NCBI GenBank assembly: GCA_963667565.1
Contig: OY763415.1
Coordinates: 1,184,001 to 1,248,000, forward strand
Length of the DNA stretch: 64,000 nucleotides
Origin: Acholeplasmataceae bacterium
Lineage (GTDB): Bacteria > Bacillota_I > Bacilli_A > Acholeplasmatales > Acholeplasmataceae
Direction: 5' to 3'
Numbering within the stretch: the stretch's first letter is position 1; each line of letters opens with the position of its first letter. Positions 1 to 9,823 of this stretch are shown here, piece by piece. The notes below the pieces were generated by a model that was given only the letters and a program-made list of their open reading frames with translations, had not been told where the DNA came from and ran no database searches. The translations under genes and the position numbers were made by a program.

Positions 1-654
1 TAAAAAATAAACTTGATTATCTTTTTCAAAATATCCGACAGTAATATGTATCAAATATTGAAATCTATTTGTAAAACAAATTATTTGATCAATTTCATTT
101 TCAACTTTATCATTTAATTCATTATATCGCTTATATTGTAAAACAACAATTTTTTTGATGTTTCTTCCTTTGTTATTAAGCATCAGTATTTGATCAATCT
201 CTCTATCAACTTCTTCTGAATAAAAATCAAAAGCATTTCTTTTAGCAATAAATACGCACTCTAATACTTCTCCTTTATTTGAAATATGATCGAGTTTAGA
301 GATAAATCTGTAATAGTATACATATTGTGTTGTTTCTTGTCCGAATGTATAACCTTCTTTAATAAAACGATCTAACCACGCCTGTGTAAACAGCTTTTTA
401 TGTATGTTTACAACGCCTACTTGATCATCTTTCATTCGAAAATATAGGTACTGCATATTATAAAACATAGCTTTATTTCGAGTCGTTAAAACGAAAATAA
501 AATTTACAATAAGCAACGGAAAAATATAACTTAGCAACAATCCTTCATCAATGAACATAACTTGACTCAAAAAGAAAAACAAGAACATTAATAAGAAGAA
601 TGGTGTATAGACAAAAAAGAGAATTTTATTTCTCTTTTTTCTATACGAATTCAT
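1..654 (-). CDS. Hypothetical membrane protein, 3' end runs off the window
   Basis: Not in the ORF track. Manual translation from ATG at 654 (MNSYRKKRNKILFFVYTPFFLLMFLFFF...) is open for 218 codons to the window edge, with two N-terminal hydrophobic segments. It starts 17 nt after the upstream stop. Confidence 0.75.
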   Translation of the reverse strand, partial: MNSYRKKRNKILFFVYTPFFLLMFLFFFLSQVMFIDEGLLLSYIFPLLIVNFIFVLTTRNKAMFYNMQYLYFRMKDDQVGVVNIHKKLFTQAWLDRFIKEGYTFGQETTQYVYYYRFISKLDHISNKGEVLECVFIAKRNAFDFYSEEVDREIDQILMLNNKGRNIKKIVVLQYKRYNELNDKVENEIDQIICFTNRFQYLIHITVGYFEKDNQVYFL

Positions 655-671
655 ATATTGTTGTGAGTTAC

Positions 672-1463
672 TTATGATTTTGCTTCCCATATACCGTATA
701 CTGATGTACGTTGTGTTCTTGTGAAAATGTCACCATTGACATACCAAGTACCACTTCCGTCGCTTCTAGAATTCCAACCTAAGAATGTGTAAAGTGCTGT
801 ATCATCCATAGTTGGGAAATTAACTTCATCTCCATAATAAACAGTTTGTGAGTTAGGTGTAGATGGACCACCAGCTACTGGATAGTTCACCACGAAAGTC
901 ACGTTAATGATTGCAGGAGACCAATGTGCATATAATGTAATATCACCAGGTTGACTCGTTGGTGTAATTTGATAACCTGAATCTCCAGGAATGGTTGATG
1001 ATACATCTTCCCAATCATAGAAATACCAAGCAACAAATGTATAGCCAAGTCTTGAAGGTACTGGTAATACTGAACTTGAACCAACTGTAAATGTTGTTGG
1101 ATAAGCTGATGAAGGCATTAATCCTCCATTAGGATCATATGTGATATTGTAAACAACTGGTACCCAACCTGCATAAAGTGTAAGTGATGATTCACCAACT
1201 CTATCATTATCAAAATCCCAAGCTTCTGTTTTTAAGAAATCTTTGTACCATTTGTCAAAAGCATATCCAACTCTTGTTGGGTCATCTGGTTTCACAATAA
1301 GATCACCAGGAGCTAAATGCTTTTCAGTTTCTACCAAAGTAGCTCCAGTGTTTGATGTGAAGAAATAGACACTAATTGAATCATCATATGTTTTAGAATC
1401 AGAACAAGCAAACAAAGTAAGTGATAAAAATAGAACAAATACGAGTAATAAACTTTTTTTCAA
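672..1463 (-). CDS. Lipoprotein made of InlB B-repeat (Listeria-Bacteroides repeat) domains
   Basis: Lipobox LFAC. Three repeats with P-x-R-x-GY-x-F-x-x-WY and TLYA-x-W type motifs. Confidence 0.8.
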   Translation of the reverse strand: MKKSLLLVFVLFLSLTLFACSDSKTYDDSISVYFFTSNTGATLVETEKHLAPGDLIVKPDDPTRVGYAFDKWYKDFLKTEAWDFDNDRVGESSLTLYAGWVPVVYNITYDPNGGLMPSSAYPTTFTVGSSSVLPVPSRLGYTFVAWYFYDWEDVSSTIPGDSGYQITPTSQPGDITLYAHWSPAIINVTFVVNYPVAGGPSTPNSQTVYYGDEVNFPTMDDTALYTFLGWNSRSDGSGTWYVNGDIFTRTQRTSVYGIWEAKS

Positions 1464-1479
1464 TTTTCATAACCTCCTT

Positions 1480-3339
1480 TTATTTCTTTGCTGCAACACG
1501 TGCATCATATCTAGCTTTAATTTCTTTAAATTCAGCATCATTTGCATAAACTTGATGTCCAGGTGCAACTTCACGTAATGAAGGCTTATCTAGACGATAA
1601 TCATGCATTGATGGATCATAATTCGTTCTTTTTCTACCTTTTTCGTAGTTAGGATCTGGTTCAGGGATCGCTGATAATAACGATACTGTATATGGATGCA
1701 TTGGATTTTCAAATAGCTCTTCTGAAGATGCTAATTCAACAATCTTACCATAATACATAACAGCAATTCTATCACAGAAGAATTTAACAACAGATAAGTC
1801 ATGAGCAACGAATAAAATAGTTAACCCTAATTTTTCTCTTAACTCAGAAAGTAAGTTAATGACTTGGGCACTAATAGATACGTCAAGTGCAGAGATAGGT
1901 TCATCAGCGATGATAACGCTAGGATCCATGATAAGCGCACGAGCAACACCAATTCTTTGTCTTTGTCCACCAGAGAATTCATGTGGATATCTTGTTGCAT
2001 ATTCTGGAAGAAGACCAACAAGTGTCAACACATCTGCAACTTTTTGATCAATTTCAGCTTGTGTATGTTGTCCTAAAATTTTTAAACCTTCACCAATAAT
2101 TTCCTTAACAGTCATTCTAGGGTTAAGAGATGAAATTGGATCTTGGAAAATCATTTGCATTTTTCTTGAAGCCTCAAGCGCATCATTTGATCTATTAACA
2201 GTTTTAATCTCATTAATGATTTCTTTTTGAGCATCAATTTTTTCTTTAGCTGCTTTTCTTACTTCTAAAATCTCATTTTTATGTGATTTAAATGTTTGTA
2301 ATAAACTTTCACCTTTAGGAAGTGCTTTAATTTCTGCTTTTGCATCTGCCTTTAATGATTTAATTTTATTAGCGACTTCTGTAATTTGAGCAAAAGCTTC
2401 TGCTTCTACAGCTTTGATTTTTTCTTTAACTGCTTTTTCATCAGGTTTTGAAATCGCTGCTTTATTTGCTTCAAATGTTTTTTCTAAAGTATCTAATTCA
2501 ACTTTAAGTTGCTTTTTAAGTTCTTTAAGTTTAGCTTGACCTACTTTTTTATCTAATAGATTGAGTCCATCTTTAGCAATCAGTGGTTCATACTTCCCCT
2601 TGAGTTGTTCTTTTTTGTCATGATATTCTGCAGTTAATGCAGCAACTCTTTCTTTAATAACTTCTTTAGTAAGTGCAGAGGACTCCATAAGTCCATCAAC
2701 TTTACGAACATAAGTGTTTTTAGCAATTTTTAACTCGTTTTCGTATTCAACTAATGAAGGATTTGTCATTTCATTTTTAATATCTTGTCGTGCAATGGCA
2801 TTCGCATACTTGAGCTTATCAGCATCAATTAAATATCCATTAACCAAGTCATAAATTTTTTCATTATACTCTGAAATGTTTTTTCTGATTTCATCAATTT
2901 TTTTCTCTGTTTTTACTTCAATCATTCGAATTTCTGCTTCGTAATAAGATACTTGTTGAGCAAGATTTTCTCTAATTCTAACTTTTTCTCTTAAATTAGC
3001 ATTAAAAGATTTAATTGTATTTTTAGTATCTTTTTTAATCTTACGAATGATTTCTTGATTTGAAGTATACCCACCAGAAATAGTAACACCATCAAGATCA
3101 CAAGATCCATCAGTTGGAGAGTATAGTTTAATAATGGTACGTCCAGTTGTTGTTTTACCACAACCAGATTCACCAACTAAACCAAACACTTCTTTTTTAT
3201 AAACATCAAAAGTAACACCATCAACAGCAGGGATAACTAATTTATTTTTACCTGCTCCTGAATAAAAGTATTTTTTAAGATTTTTTACTTCTAAGACTTT
3301 TTCGTTGTAGTCTACTTGAATTCTATCGTTTTTATTCAT
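1480..3339 (-). CDS. oppF: Oligopeptide ABC transporter ATPase OppF with long coiled-coil insertion
   Basis: Walker [13 protein letters not shown], signature FSGGQ, Walker B IIADEP, C-terminal HPYT. About 300 aa of K/E-rich helical sequence sits between Walker A and the Q-loop. Confidence 0.92.
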   Translation of the reverse strand: MNKNDRIQVDYNEKVLEVKNLKKYFYSGAGKNKLVIPAVDGVTFDVYKKEVFGLVGESGCGKTTTGRTIIKLYSPTDGSCDLDGVTISGGYTSNQEIIRKIKKDTKNTIKSFNANLREKVRIRENLAQQVSYYEAEIRMIEVKTEKKIDEIRKNISEYNEKIYDLVNGYLIDADKLKYANAIARQDIKNEMTNPSLVEYENELKIAKNTYVRKVDGLMESSALTKEVIKERVAALTAEYHDKKEQLKGKYEPLIAKDGLNLLDKKVGQAKLKELKKQLKVELDTLEKTFEANKAAISKPDEKAVKEKIKAVEAEAFAQITEVANKIKSLKADAKAEIKALPKGESLLQTFKSHKNEILEVRKAAKEKIDAQKEIINEIKTVNRSNDALEASRKMQMIFQDPISSLNPRMTVKEIIGEGLKILGQHTQAEIDQKVADVLTLVGLLPEYATRYPHEFSGGQRQRIGVARALIMDPSVIIADEPISALDVSISAQVINLLSELREKLGLTILFVAHDLSVVKFFCDRIAVMYYGKIVELASSEELFENPMHPYTVSLLSAIPEPDPNYEKGRKRTNYDPSMHDYRLDKPSLREVAPGHQVYANDAEFKEIKARYDARVAAKK

Positions 3340-4366
3340 GAACTACACCACCTTTTTTAGATAAATTAACAACTGCAGAAGGTGGAGTCACTTTAGGTGC
3401 ATCTGGGTGTAACAACCAAGTTGCTGCATAATGTGTATCTGTGACTTTAAACATTGGTGGCTCTTCAATAAAATCAATTTCCATAGCGTATTGATTTCTT
3501 GGAGCAAATGCATCACCTTTAGGTGGATAAATCATATTAGGAGGTGTACCAGCAATAGCATCTAGTTTTCTAGAAGTTGCTAAATTTGGCATTGATGAAA
3601 GTAACGCCCAAGTATATGGATGTTTTGGATTATAGAATACTTCTTCTGTTTTCCCAACTTCAACAATCTTACCTGCATACATAACTGCAATTCTATCAGC
3701 AACGTTAGCAACAACACCTAAGTCATGTGTAATAAAGATAACTGTTAATTTCTTTTCTTTCTTTAAATCGTTAATAAGTTCAAGAATTTGCCCTTGAATT
3801 GTAACGTCTAACGCAGTTGTTGGTTCATCACAAATCAAGATTTCAGCATTATTAGCTAATGCGATTGAAATAACGATTCTTTGTCTCATCCCACCTGAAA
3901 ATTGGAAAGGATAACGATTATATCTCTTTTCTGCTTCTGGAATACCTACTGATTGCATAAGTTCGATTGCTCTTTGCTTAGCTACATCTTTAGGCATTTT
4001 AGTTTTAAGCATTAAAGCTTCAGAAATTTGTTTACCAACAGTCATAATTGGATTTAAAGAACTCATTGGATCTTGGAAAATCATAGAGATTTTAGATCCA
4101 CGAATTTCATTAAATAATTCTTCATCAATTTGCATTAAGTTTCTACCTGCATACATAATAGATCCACCTTCGTAGATTGAATTACCTGCAAGTAAACCCA
4201 TGATTGCTCTTGATGTAACACTTTTACCTGAACCTGATTCACCAACAATTGCTAATGTTTCACCTTTAAATAAATCAAAAGAAACACCACGAACTGCTTG
4301 TAAGATTCCATATTGAGTTTTAAATGAAATAGCCAAATCTTTGACTTCAATAATTTTTTCAGCCAT
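3332..4366 (-). CDS. oppD: Oligopeptide ABC transporter ATPase OppD
   Basis: [43 protein letters not shown]. Confidence 0.95.
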   Translation of the reverse strand: MAEKIIEVKDLAISFKTQYGILQAVRGVSFDLFKGETLAIVGESGSGKSVTSRAIMGLLAGNSIYEGGSIMYAGRNLMQIDEELFNEIRGSKISMIFQDPMSSLNPIMTVGKQISEALMLKTKMPKDVAKQRAIELMQSVGIPEAEKRYNRYPFQFSGGMRQRIVISIALANNAEILICDEPTTALDVTIQGQILELINDLKKEKKLTVIFITHDLGVVANVADRIAVMYAGKIVEVGKTEEVFYNPKHPYTWALLSSMPNLATSRKLDAIAGTPPNMIYPPKGDAFAPRNQYAMEIDFIEEPPMFKVTDTHYAATWLLHPDAPKVTPPSAVVNLSKKGGVVHE

Positions 4367-5793
4367 TATTCAACACCTCTCAATGATGGATTAAATGCAT
4401 CTCTTAAACCATTACCAAACAAGTTAAATGCAATCATTAAAATTGCAATATAAGCTGATGGGAATAGTAATTGATGAGGGTATGTTGCCATTGACGCTTG
4501 TCCTTGGCTAATAAGCATACCTACAGAGGTTGCATTTGAATAGTCAATAATATTTAAGAATGAATATGTAGCTTCTAAGAAGACAAATGATGGAATCGCA
4601 AGCGCATATCCTGTAACAAGTAATCCTAATGTATTTGGGAAAATATGTTTAAACATGATACGTGAGTCTTTTGCACCAAGTGTTCTAGCTGCTAGAACAT
4701 ACTCTCTATTTTTAAATCGATAAAACTGCATACGTGCGGTTCCATAGTTACCTATCCAACCGGTCAACGTAAAGGCAATGATAACAATAAACATACTAGT
4801 TCCATAACGTAAAATCATTAAAGTGATTACTGATAACAATGGAATTGAGGCTAAAATTTCAACAAGTCTATCCATCATTAAGTCAACTGCACCACCATAA
4901 TAACCAGCGATAGCTCCTAGTAATAATCCTATAAACGCATTGACAACAATAACACTTATCGCCATGAATATAGAAATTCTAGCACCTTGCCAAATGGACG
5001 TGAACAAGTCATGACCATCATTAGTCGTACCAAACCAGAAATAAGTATCTTCAGGTGATTGGTCAAGTGCAAATAAGAATTCATTCATTCTTACATTGTA
5101 TTGATAGTATTGCGTACCATCATCAGTTCCTTGAACAGTAATACTTAAAATATCAATAATATAATTTTTCGCTAAATATTCTTGATATTTGTCTTCAGTG
5201 ATTGTTCTTGTAACAGATCCAAGTGGATCCACATAGTTTACATCACCAATGACATAACCATTTGCTTCGTTATATGAAACATTTGCAAAATAATCAAATG
5301 GCATATATGATTTAATGAAATTAATATATTTATAATAATCAACAGTTACTGTTAAGCTTGTGACATCAGCATATGCTGGATCATCTGGATTATCAATAAG
5401 TGCTTGTGGCATACCATCTAGAATAATGTTTTCTTCAAAATCTGAATTATACATATATACTAAGAATCTTTTACCAGCAGTAATAGTTTTTGTCCCATCA
5501 AAAATACCCCATTTTTCTAATACAGGAATTTTTGGTGTTAAATCAGCTAAACGTGAAGCTTCATTGCTATCTGTTTCAGGTAAATCATATACTTTCATAT
5601 ATGGCCCGAATACAACAAAGAACATAATGATACAAATAATAACAAACGCAGCTAAAGAAGCTTTATTTTTCTTAAAGCGATTCCATGAATCTTGGTAATA
5701 ACCAATCTCTTTAGTTTCTAATTTAACTTCGTCAATGTGCTCATCAGCATTGCGCACTAAGACTAATTTTGATTTGTCGATATCTTTTATCAT
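4366..5793 (-). CDS. oppC: Oligopeptide ABC transporter permease OppC with large extracellular loop
   Basis: N-terminal W-x-RFKKNK motif, WFGT...G-x-DLF, EAA-like loop EYVLAARTLGA, C-terminal GNGLRDAFNP. Confidence 0.92.
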   Translation of the reverse strand: MIKDIDKSKLVLVRNADEHIDEVKLETKEIGYYQDSWNRFKKNKASLAAFVIICIIMFFVVFGPYMKVYDLPETDSNEASRLADLTPKIPVLEKWGIFDGTKTITAGKRFLVYMYNSDFEENIILDGMPQALIDNPDDPAYADVTSLTVTVDYYKYINFIKSYMPFDYFANVSYNEANGYVIGDVNYVDPLGSVTRTITEDKYQEYLAKNYIIDILSITVQGTDDGTQYYQYNVRMNEFLFALDQSPEDTYFWFGTTNDGHDLFTSIWQGARISIFMAISVIVVNAFIGLLLGAIAGYYGGAVDLMMDRLVEILASIPLLSVITLMILRYGTSMFIVIIAFTLTGWIGNYGTARMQFYRFKNREYVLAARTLGAKDSRIMFKHIFPNTLGLLVTGYALAIPSFVFLEATYSFLNIIDYSNATSVGMLISQGQASMATYPHQLLFPSAYIAILMIAFNLFGNGLRDAFNPSLRGVE

Positions 5794-6755
5794 GATAACT
5801 TCCCACTTCCGAATCTAATTCTAGGATCAAACAGCGTATATGAAATATCATTAATTATTGCTGATAATAATGTAATGAATTGAGAAAATGCTGTAATTAG
5901 CATAATGAGTGCGTAGTCTCTATTATTAAAGGCTTGAAGATACATACGTCCAGTACCATCAACCCTAAATATGCGTTCTGTAATAATCCCACCGCTTAAA
6001 ATACCAATAATACCGATGAATACCCCTGGTAAGAATGGTACCAATGCATTTTTCAAGGCATGTCTATAGACAGCTTGATTTTTTGTTAAACCTTTTGATC
6101 TTGCTAATAACATGTATTCGCCAGTGATTTGTTCAGTAAGCTCAGCACGAACTGATCTCGCAAATCCAGGAATACTAGACACTGTTAAAACGATAACTGG
6201 CATAACATAAGTGCTTAATCCATAAGCAACACCAAGTTGTTCAAACTCCGAGGTGGTTGCGATGTATGGGGTCGGCGCCCAATGTAATTGAAAATAAAAT
6301 AAGTATTGTGATAATACAGCTACCACAAAGAATGGTACTGAGATAAAAATCATAATACCAACGGAAATCATTTGATCGGGTAACTTGTTTTTATTAAGTG
6401 CAGCGAGAACTCCTAAACCAATTGCAAACGGAATAGAGAGAAAATAAGGCACGATATTGATTCTAATTGATGCTGGAATTTTGCTAAAATATACAGTTGC
6501 TACATCACGATGTAGTTGTGCTGAATACCCAAATGATCCGTCAACAAATATGTTTCTTACCCAAAGCCAAAATTGGACGGGAATTGGTTCATTCCATCCT
6601 TCTCTTTCTGCGTTAACTTGATACCATGTGTCATCGGTTAATGGTTGTTGAACATGATTATCAGGCATTAATTTAATTACGACGAAGATTACAAAAATTG
6701 TGATGAAAAAGGTAATTACCATCAATCCAATTCTCTTAAGCAAATATCTCCACAA
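5790..6755 (-). CDS. oppB: Oligopeptide ABC transporter permease OppB
   Basis: YLLKR start, EYMLLARSKGL, HALKNAL, C-terminal DPRIR. GTG start with a GGAG RBS. Confidence 0.92.
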   Translation of the reverse strand: MWRYLLKRIGLMVITFFITIFVIFVVIKLMPDNHVQQPLTDDTWYQVNAEREGWNEPIPVQFWLWVRNIFVDGSFGYSAQLHRDVATVYFSKIPASIRINIVPYFLSIPFAIGLGVLAALNKNKLPDQMISVGIMIFISVPFFVVAVLSQYLFYFQLHWAPTPYIATTSEFEQLGVAYGLSTYVMPVIVLTVSSIPGFARSVRAELTEQITGEYMLLARSKGLTKNQAVYRHALKNALVPFLPGVFIGIIGILSGGIITERIFRVDGTGRMYLQAFNNRDYALIMLITAFSQFITLLSAIINDISYTLFDPRIRFGSGKLS

Positions 6756-6827
6756 TTTGCATCACTCCTTTAATTTTTGAGATTTATACTACGTATAATG
6801 CTCTAGTAAATTTATATTGTCTTACTT

Positions 6828-6855
6828 ATTATATCAAAATATAACAAATATTCAA
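6828..6855 (-). promoter_or_regulatory. Putative sigma-70 promoter for oppBCDF
   Basis: Minus strand TTGAAT-N16-TATAAT with extended -10 TG. Confidence 0.5.
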
Positions 6856-6894
6856 CAAACTTTATACTATAAGTATAAAATTTGATATTTTTTA

Positions 6895-6932
6895 CAGAAC
6901 AAACGAGCCCGAGATAGTCAAATCTCAGGCTC
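6895..6932 (-). terminator. Hairpin/terminator after oppA
   Basis: Minus-strand stem GAGCCUGAGAU / AUCUCGGGCUC followed by GUUUGUUCU. Confidence 0.65.
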
Positions 6933-6976
6933 AGTTCATCTATAAATTATTTGTATTTAAGAATGACTATTGAAAA

Positions 6977-9640
6977 TTACTCAGCAAAATCAGGGTCAGT
7001 ATTTAAATATCTATATCTATTAGAACCCCAGCCAAATGCTGTTGAGTATGCTGGCCATTCGATAACTACGTTAGCAGCATAAACTGTAGCTGATGAACGA
7101 GTTACTGTTGGGATAAGTGGTACATATTCGAAGAATACTTCTTCAAATGCTGCAACAAATGCCCATGTGTCAACTGTAGCACCACTGAATGGTTCAGCAG
7201 CTGATCCATCCCATGGAGTATCATAAGCAACTGTTAAAATACCTAAGTCATAAACTGAACCTTGGTAAATACCAGCAGGTTTAGTTTCACCAGTTACTTC
7301 GTCAACTGAAGCTTGTAGGTAACCCCATAATAATAAGTGACCTTCAAGTTCGTTTTCTGTCATGTAGTCTTCACCAAGTGCATCTAAGTAGTTATAAGTA
7401 TTAGTTAAATCTACTGTAATTTCAGCATTTAAGTATAGACCATAGCCATCTTCTTGTGAAGCATCATATGGTTGTGAAAGACCTAATGATCCACCACCAA
7501 TGATATCGCCCATAAATGAGATAGCTGGATATTGCCACCAAACACCTGTTGATGAACCAAATCCGATTGAGTTAAGTGAGATATCAAAATCCCAATTACC
7601 TAAGTCAGCTCTAACACCTGTAGTGTCTTTCTTATCTAAAACGATATCGAATTTATCTGCACCAAATAAAGCTTCATATGATGATTCAACATATTCTGCT
7701 AATGATACAGCGAAATCGTCACTATTTGTTAATAATTCAATTGTAACTTTACCTGTATTTCCTGCAGCTACCCAATCAGCATAAGCTGCATTGAATAATT
7801 CAACTGCTTTAGTTGGAATATATCCATTTGAACTTGGATCAATACCTAAACCTTCTAATACAGCTAAATGAGCAGGTGATTGTGAATAGTATAATGCATC
7901 TTGAATATATGATTTAGTATCAAGTGGTACTGGAAGTAATGATGCAGTATTTGGAGCATATACGTTTGTAGCATAATATCCTCTATCAAAACCGTATAAT
8001 AACGCTTGTCTGAATCTTACATCAAATAAGATTTCTGGACGAGCTGCAGCGCCTTCAACATCAGCATCAGCTGTATTGATAATTAAATATTGTGGATATC
8101 CATCCCAAGATTTGTATAAATTATCAGATTCAGCATATTTAGCATAGAAATCGTTTGTTAAGCCAAGAGCAGATAATGAACCTTCAGCAAATAATGCTTC
8201 TCTTGCATCTTCTGTATCAACGATTTGATATACATAGCTCTTATAGTTTACAGTATCTTTTGCAACATATTCATAGTTCTTATTGAATACTAATTTTTGG
8301 TTTTCATCCCAAGTCTTTAAGATATATGCACCATATGATACATATGGACTTTCTGGAGTACCATAAGTTGATTCATTACCATCATTGTTTAATGAAGCTG
8401 CATATGCAGTTGGTTCAACTAATCTTAAATCATTACCAAATGCAACAGCAGTAGCTTGTGATTTAGCAGTACTAAATGTAACTGTGAAAGTATAATCATC
8501 AACAACTTCAAAACCTACTTGATCCCAAGTTGCAGTACCTGTGAAATATTCATATGAATTTACAATTGGATAACCATTTTTGTTAGCTTCTGTGTAATAG
8601 AAAATATTTGCACGGTAGTTATTTTGAGTACCATCTAGGAATTGTTTTAAAGTATATTCATAAGTAGCAGCAGTAATTGGTGTACCATCTTCGAATTGTA
8701 AATCATCTCTTAAATGGAATGTCCAAACTGTGTCAGTATATGTAGTAGCAGCAGCTCTATCATATTGACCATCTGCAGTTAAGTGTTCATCACCATTAGC
8801 ATCTGTTGGATATTGTGTAGCACCAACTAATACATAATGATAATCTAACGCTTCAATTGAATAAGTACCATCTGGGTTACCTGCGCTGTAGATTTTAGAA
8901 AAATCGCCAGGAGCATCAGCAACGCCTTCTTCAATAGCTAAATCCCAATCTACTTCTGTTGAATATAATGGAGTTGACATTAAGTCGATGAATGCATCTT
9001 CATGACTCCATTGATATACAAGTGGGTTTAAGATAATTGAAGAACTTGAATCTAAACTTGTGAAATATGTTTCACCATCTGTATAAGTAGCAGCTTTTGA
9101 GTTTAGTGGTTCCCAATATGCATAAAATTCAGTAGATGCACTGATTTCTAATGGGAATGATACAGCTTGTGGTTCTAACCAAGTAAGACCGGCTTTACCT
9201 TCAAACCAACCACCAAATCTATAACCAGCTCTTTCTGGAGCAGCTGGTGCTTCAGCAATCGTACCGCCATCACCATCTACATAGACTGGATCAACAGTAA
9301 GACCTGTAACTTTTGTATTAAAACGAACTACTATATTATCTGACCAAACAGCATATAGTGTTAAATCACCTTCAACTGGTGCACTGAAATCATAGCTTGA
9401 ACCTGAACCGTCAGCATTTTCATACCAACCAACAAAGCTCCATGCTACGTTTACATCATCACTTGCTTTTGTAGGTGCAGCTGGTTCAGCAACCATTTCG
9501 CCTTCTTTGACGTCAACAGCAGCTACAGCAGTACCGCCTTGTGAGTCAAATGTAACTGTATATGTTATAGAACATGCAGCTAATAAGACCATAACAAAAG
9601 CGAATGACACAACTAGCAATAACTTTTTAGTAACTTTCAT
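6977..9640 (-). CDS. oppA: Oligopeptide-binding lipoprotein OppA with two N-terminal InlB B-repeats
   Basis: Lipobox LAAC and two B-repeats (YTVTFDSQGG...LYAVW; ...GYRFGGW...FYAYW). SBP family 5 motifs WTFHLRDDLQFEDGTPITA, SYGAYILK, RFRQAL. Heads the opp genes. Confidence 0.85.
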   Translation of the reverse strand: MKVTKKLLLVVSFAFVMVLLAACSITYTVTFDSQGGTAVAAVDVKEGEMVAEPAAPTKASDDVNVAWSFVGWYENADGSGSSYDFSAPVEGDLTLYAVWSDNIVVRFNTKVTGLTVDPVYVDGDGGTIAEAPAAPERAGYRFGGWFEGKAGLTWLEPQAVSFPLEISASTEFYAYWEPLNSKAATYTDGETYFTSLDSSSSIILNPLVYQWSHEDAFIDLMSTPLYSTEVDWDLAIEEGVADAPGDFSKIYSAGNPDGTYSIEALDYHYVLVGATQYPTDANGDEHLTADGQYDRAAATTYTDTVWTFHLRDDLQFEDGTPITAATYEYTLKQFLDGTQNNYRANIFYYTEANKNGYPIVNSYEYFTGTATWDQVGFEVVDDYTFTVTFSTAKSQATAVAFGNDLRLVEPTAYAASLNNDGNESTYGTPESPYVSYGAYILKTWDENQKLVFNKNYEYVAKDTVNYKSYVYQIVDTEDAREALFAEGSLSALGLTNDFYAKYAESDNLYKSWDGYPQYLIINTADADVEGAAARPEILFDVRFRQALLYGFDRGYYATNVYAPNTASLLPVPLDTKSYIQDALYYSQSPAHLAVLEGLGIDPSSNGYIPTKAVELFNAAYADWVAAGNTGKVTIELLTNSDDFAVSLAEYVESSYEALFGADKFDIVLDKKDTTGVRADLGNWDFDISLNSIGFGSSTGVWWQYPAISFMGDIIGGGSLGLSQPYDASQEDGYGLYLNAEITVDLTNTYNYLDALGEDYMTENELEGHLLLWGYLQASVDEVTGETKPAGIYQGSVYDLGILTVAYDTPWDGSAAEPFSGATVDTWAFVAAFEEVFFEYVPLIPTVTRSSATVYAANVVIEWPAYSTAFGWGSNRYRYLNTDPDFAE

Positions 9641-9823
9641 TAGTTTACTCTCTCCTTTTTAAACTATTTTTTAAAATTATACCAAAAATAATGTGAAATT
9701 CTATTAAATTATGAAAAATTGTCCATGAAAACGTTTTATTTTCCTTTTTGGCTCTAGGATTTTAACAAAATGTTCTCTTTTGGACAATTTTTCGTAAATT
9801 TTTATGTTTTTTTCTTTTCTATA

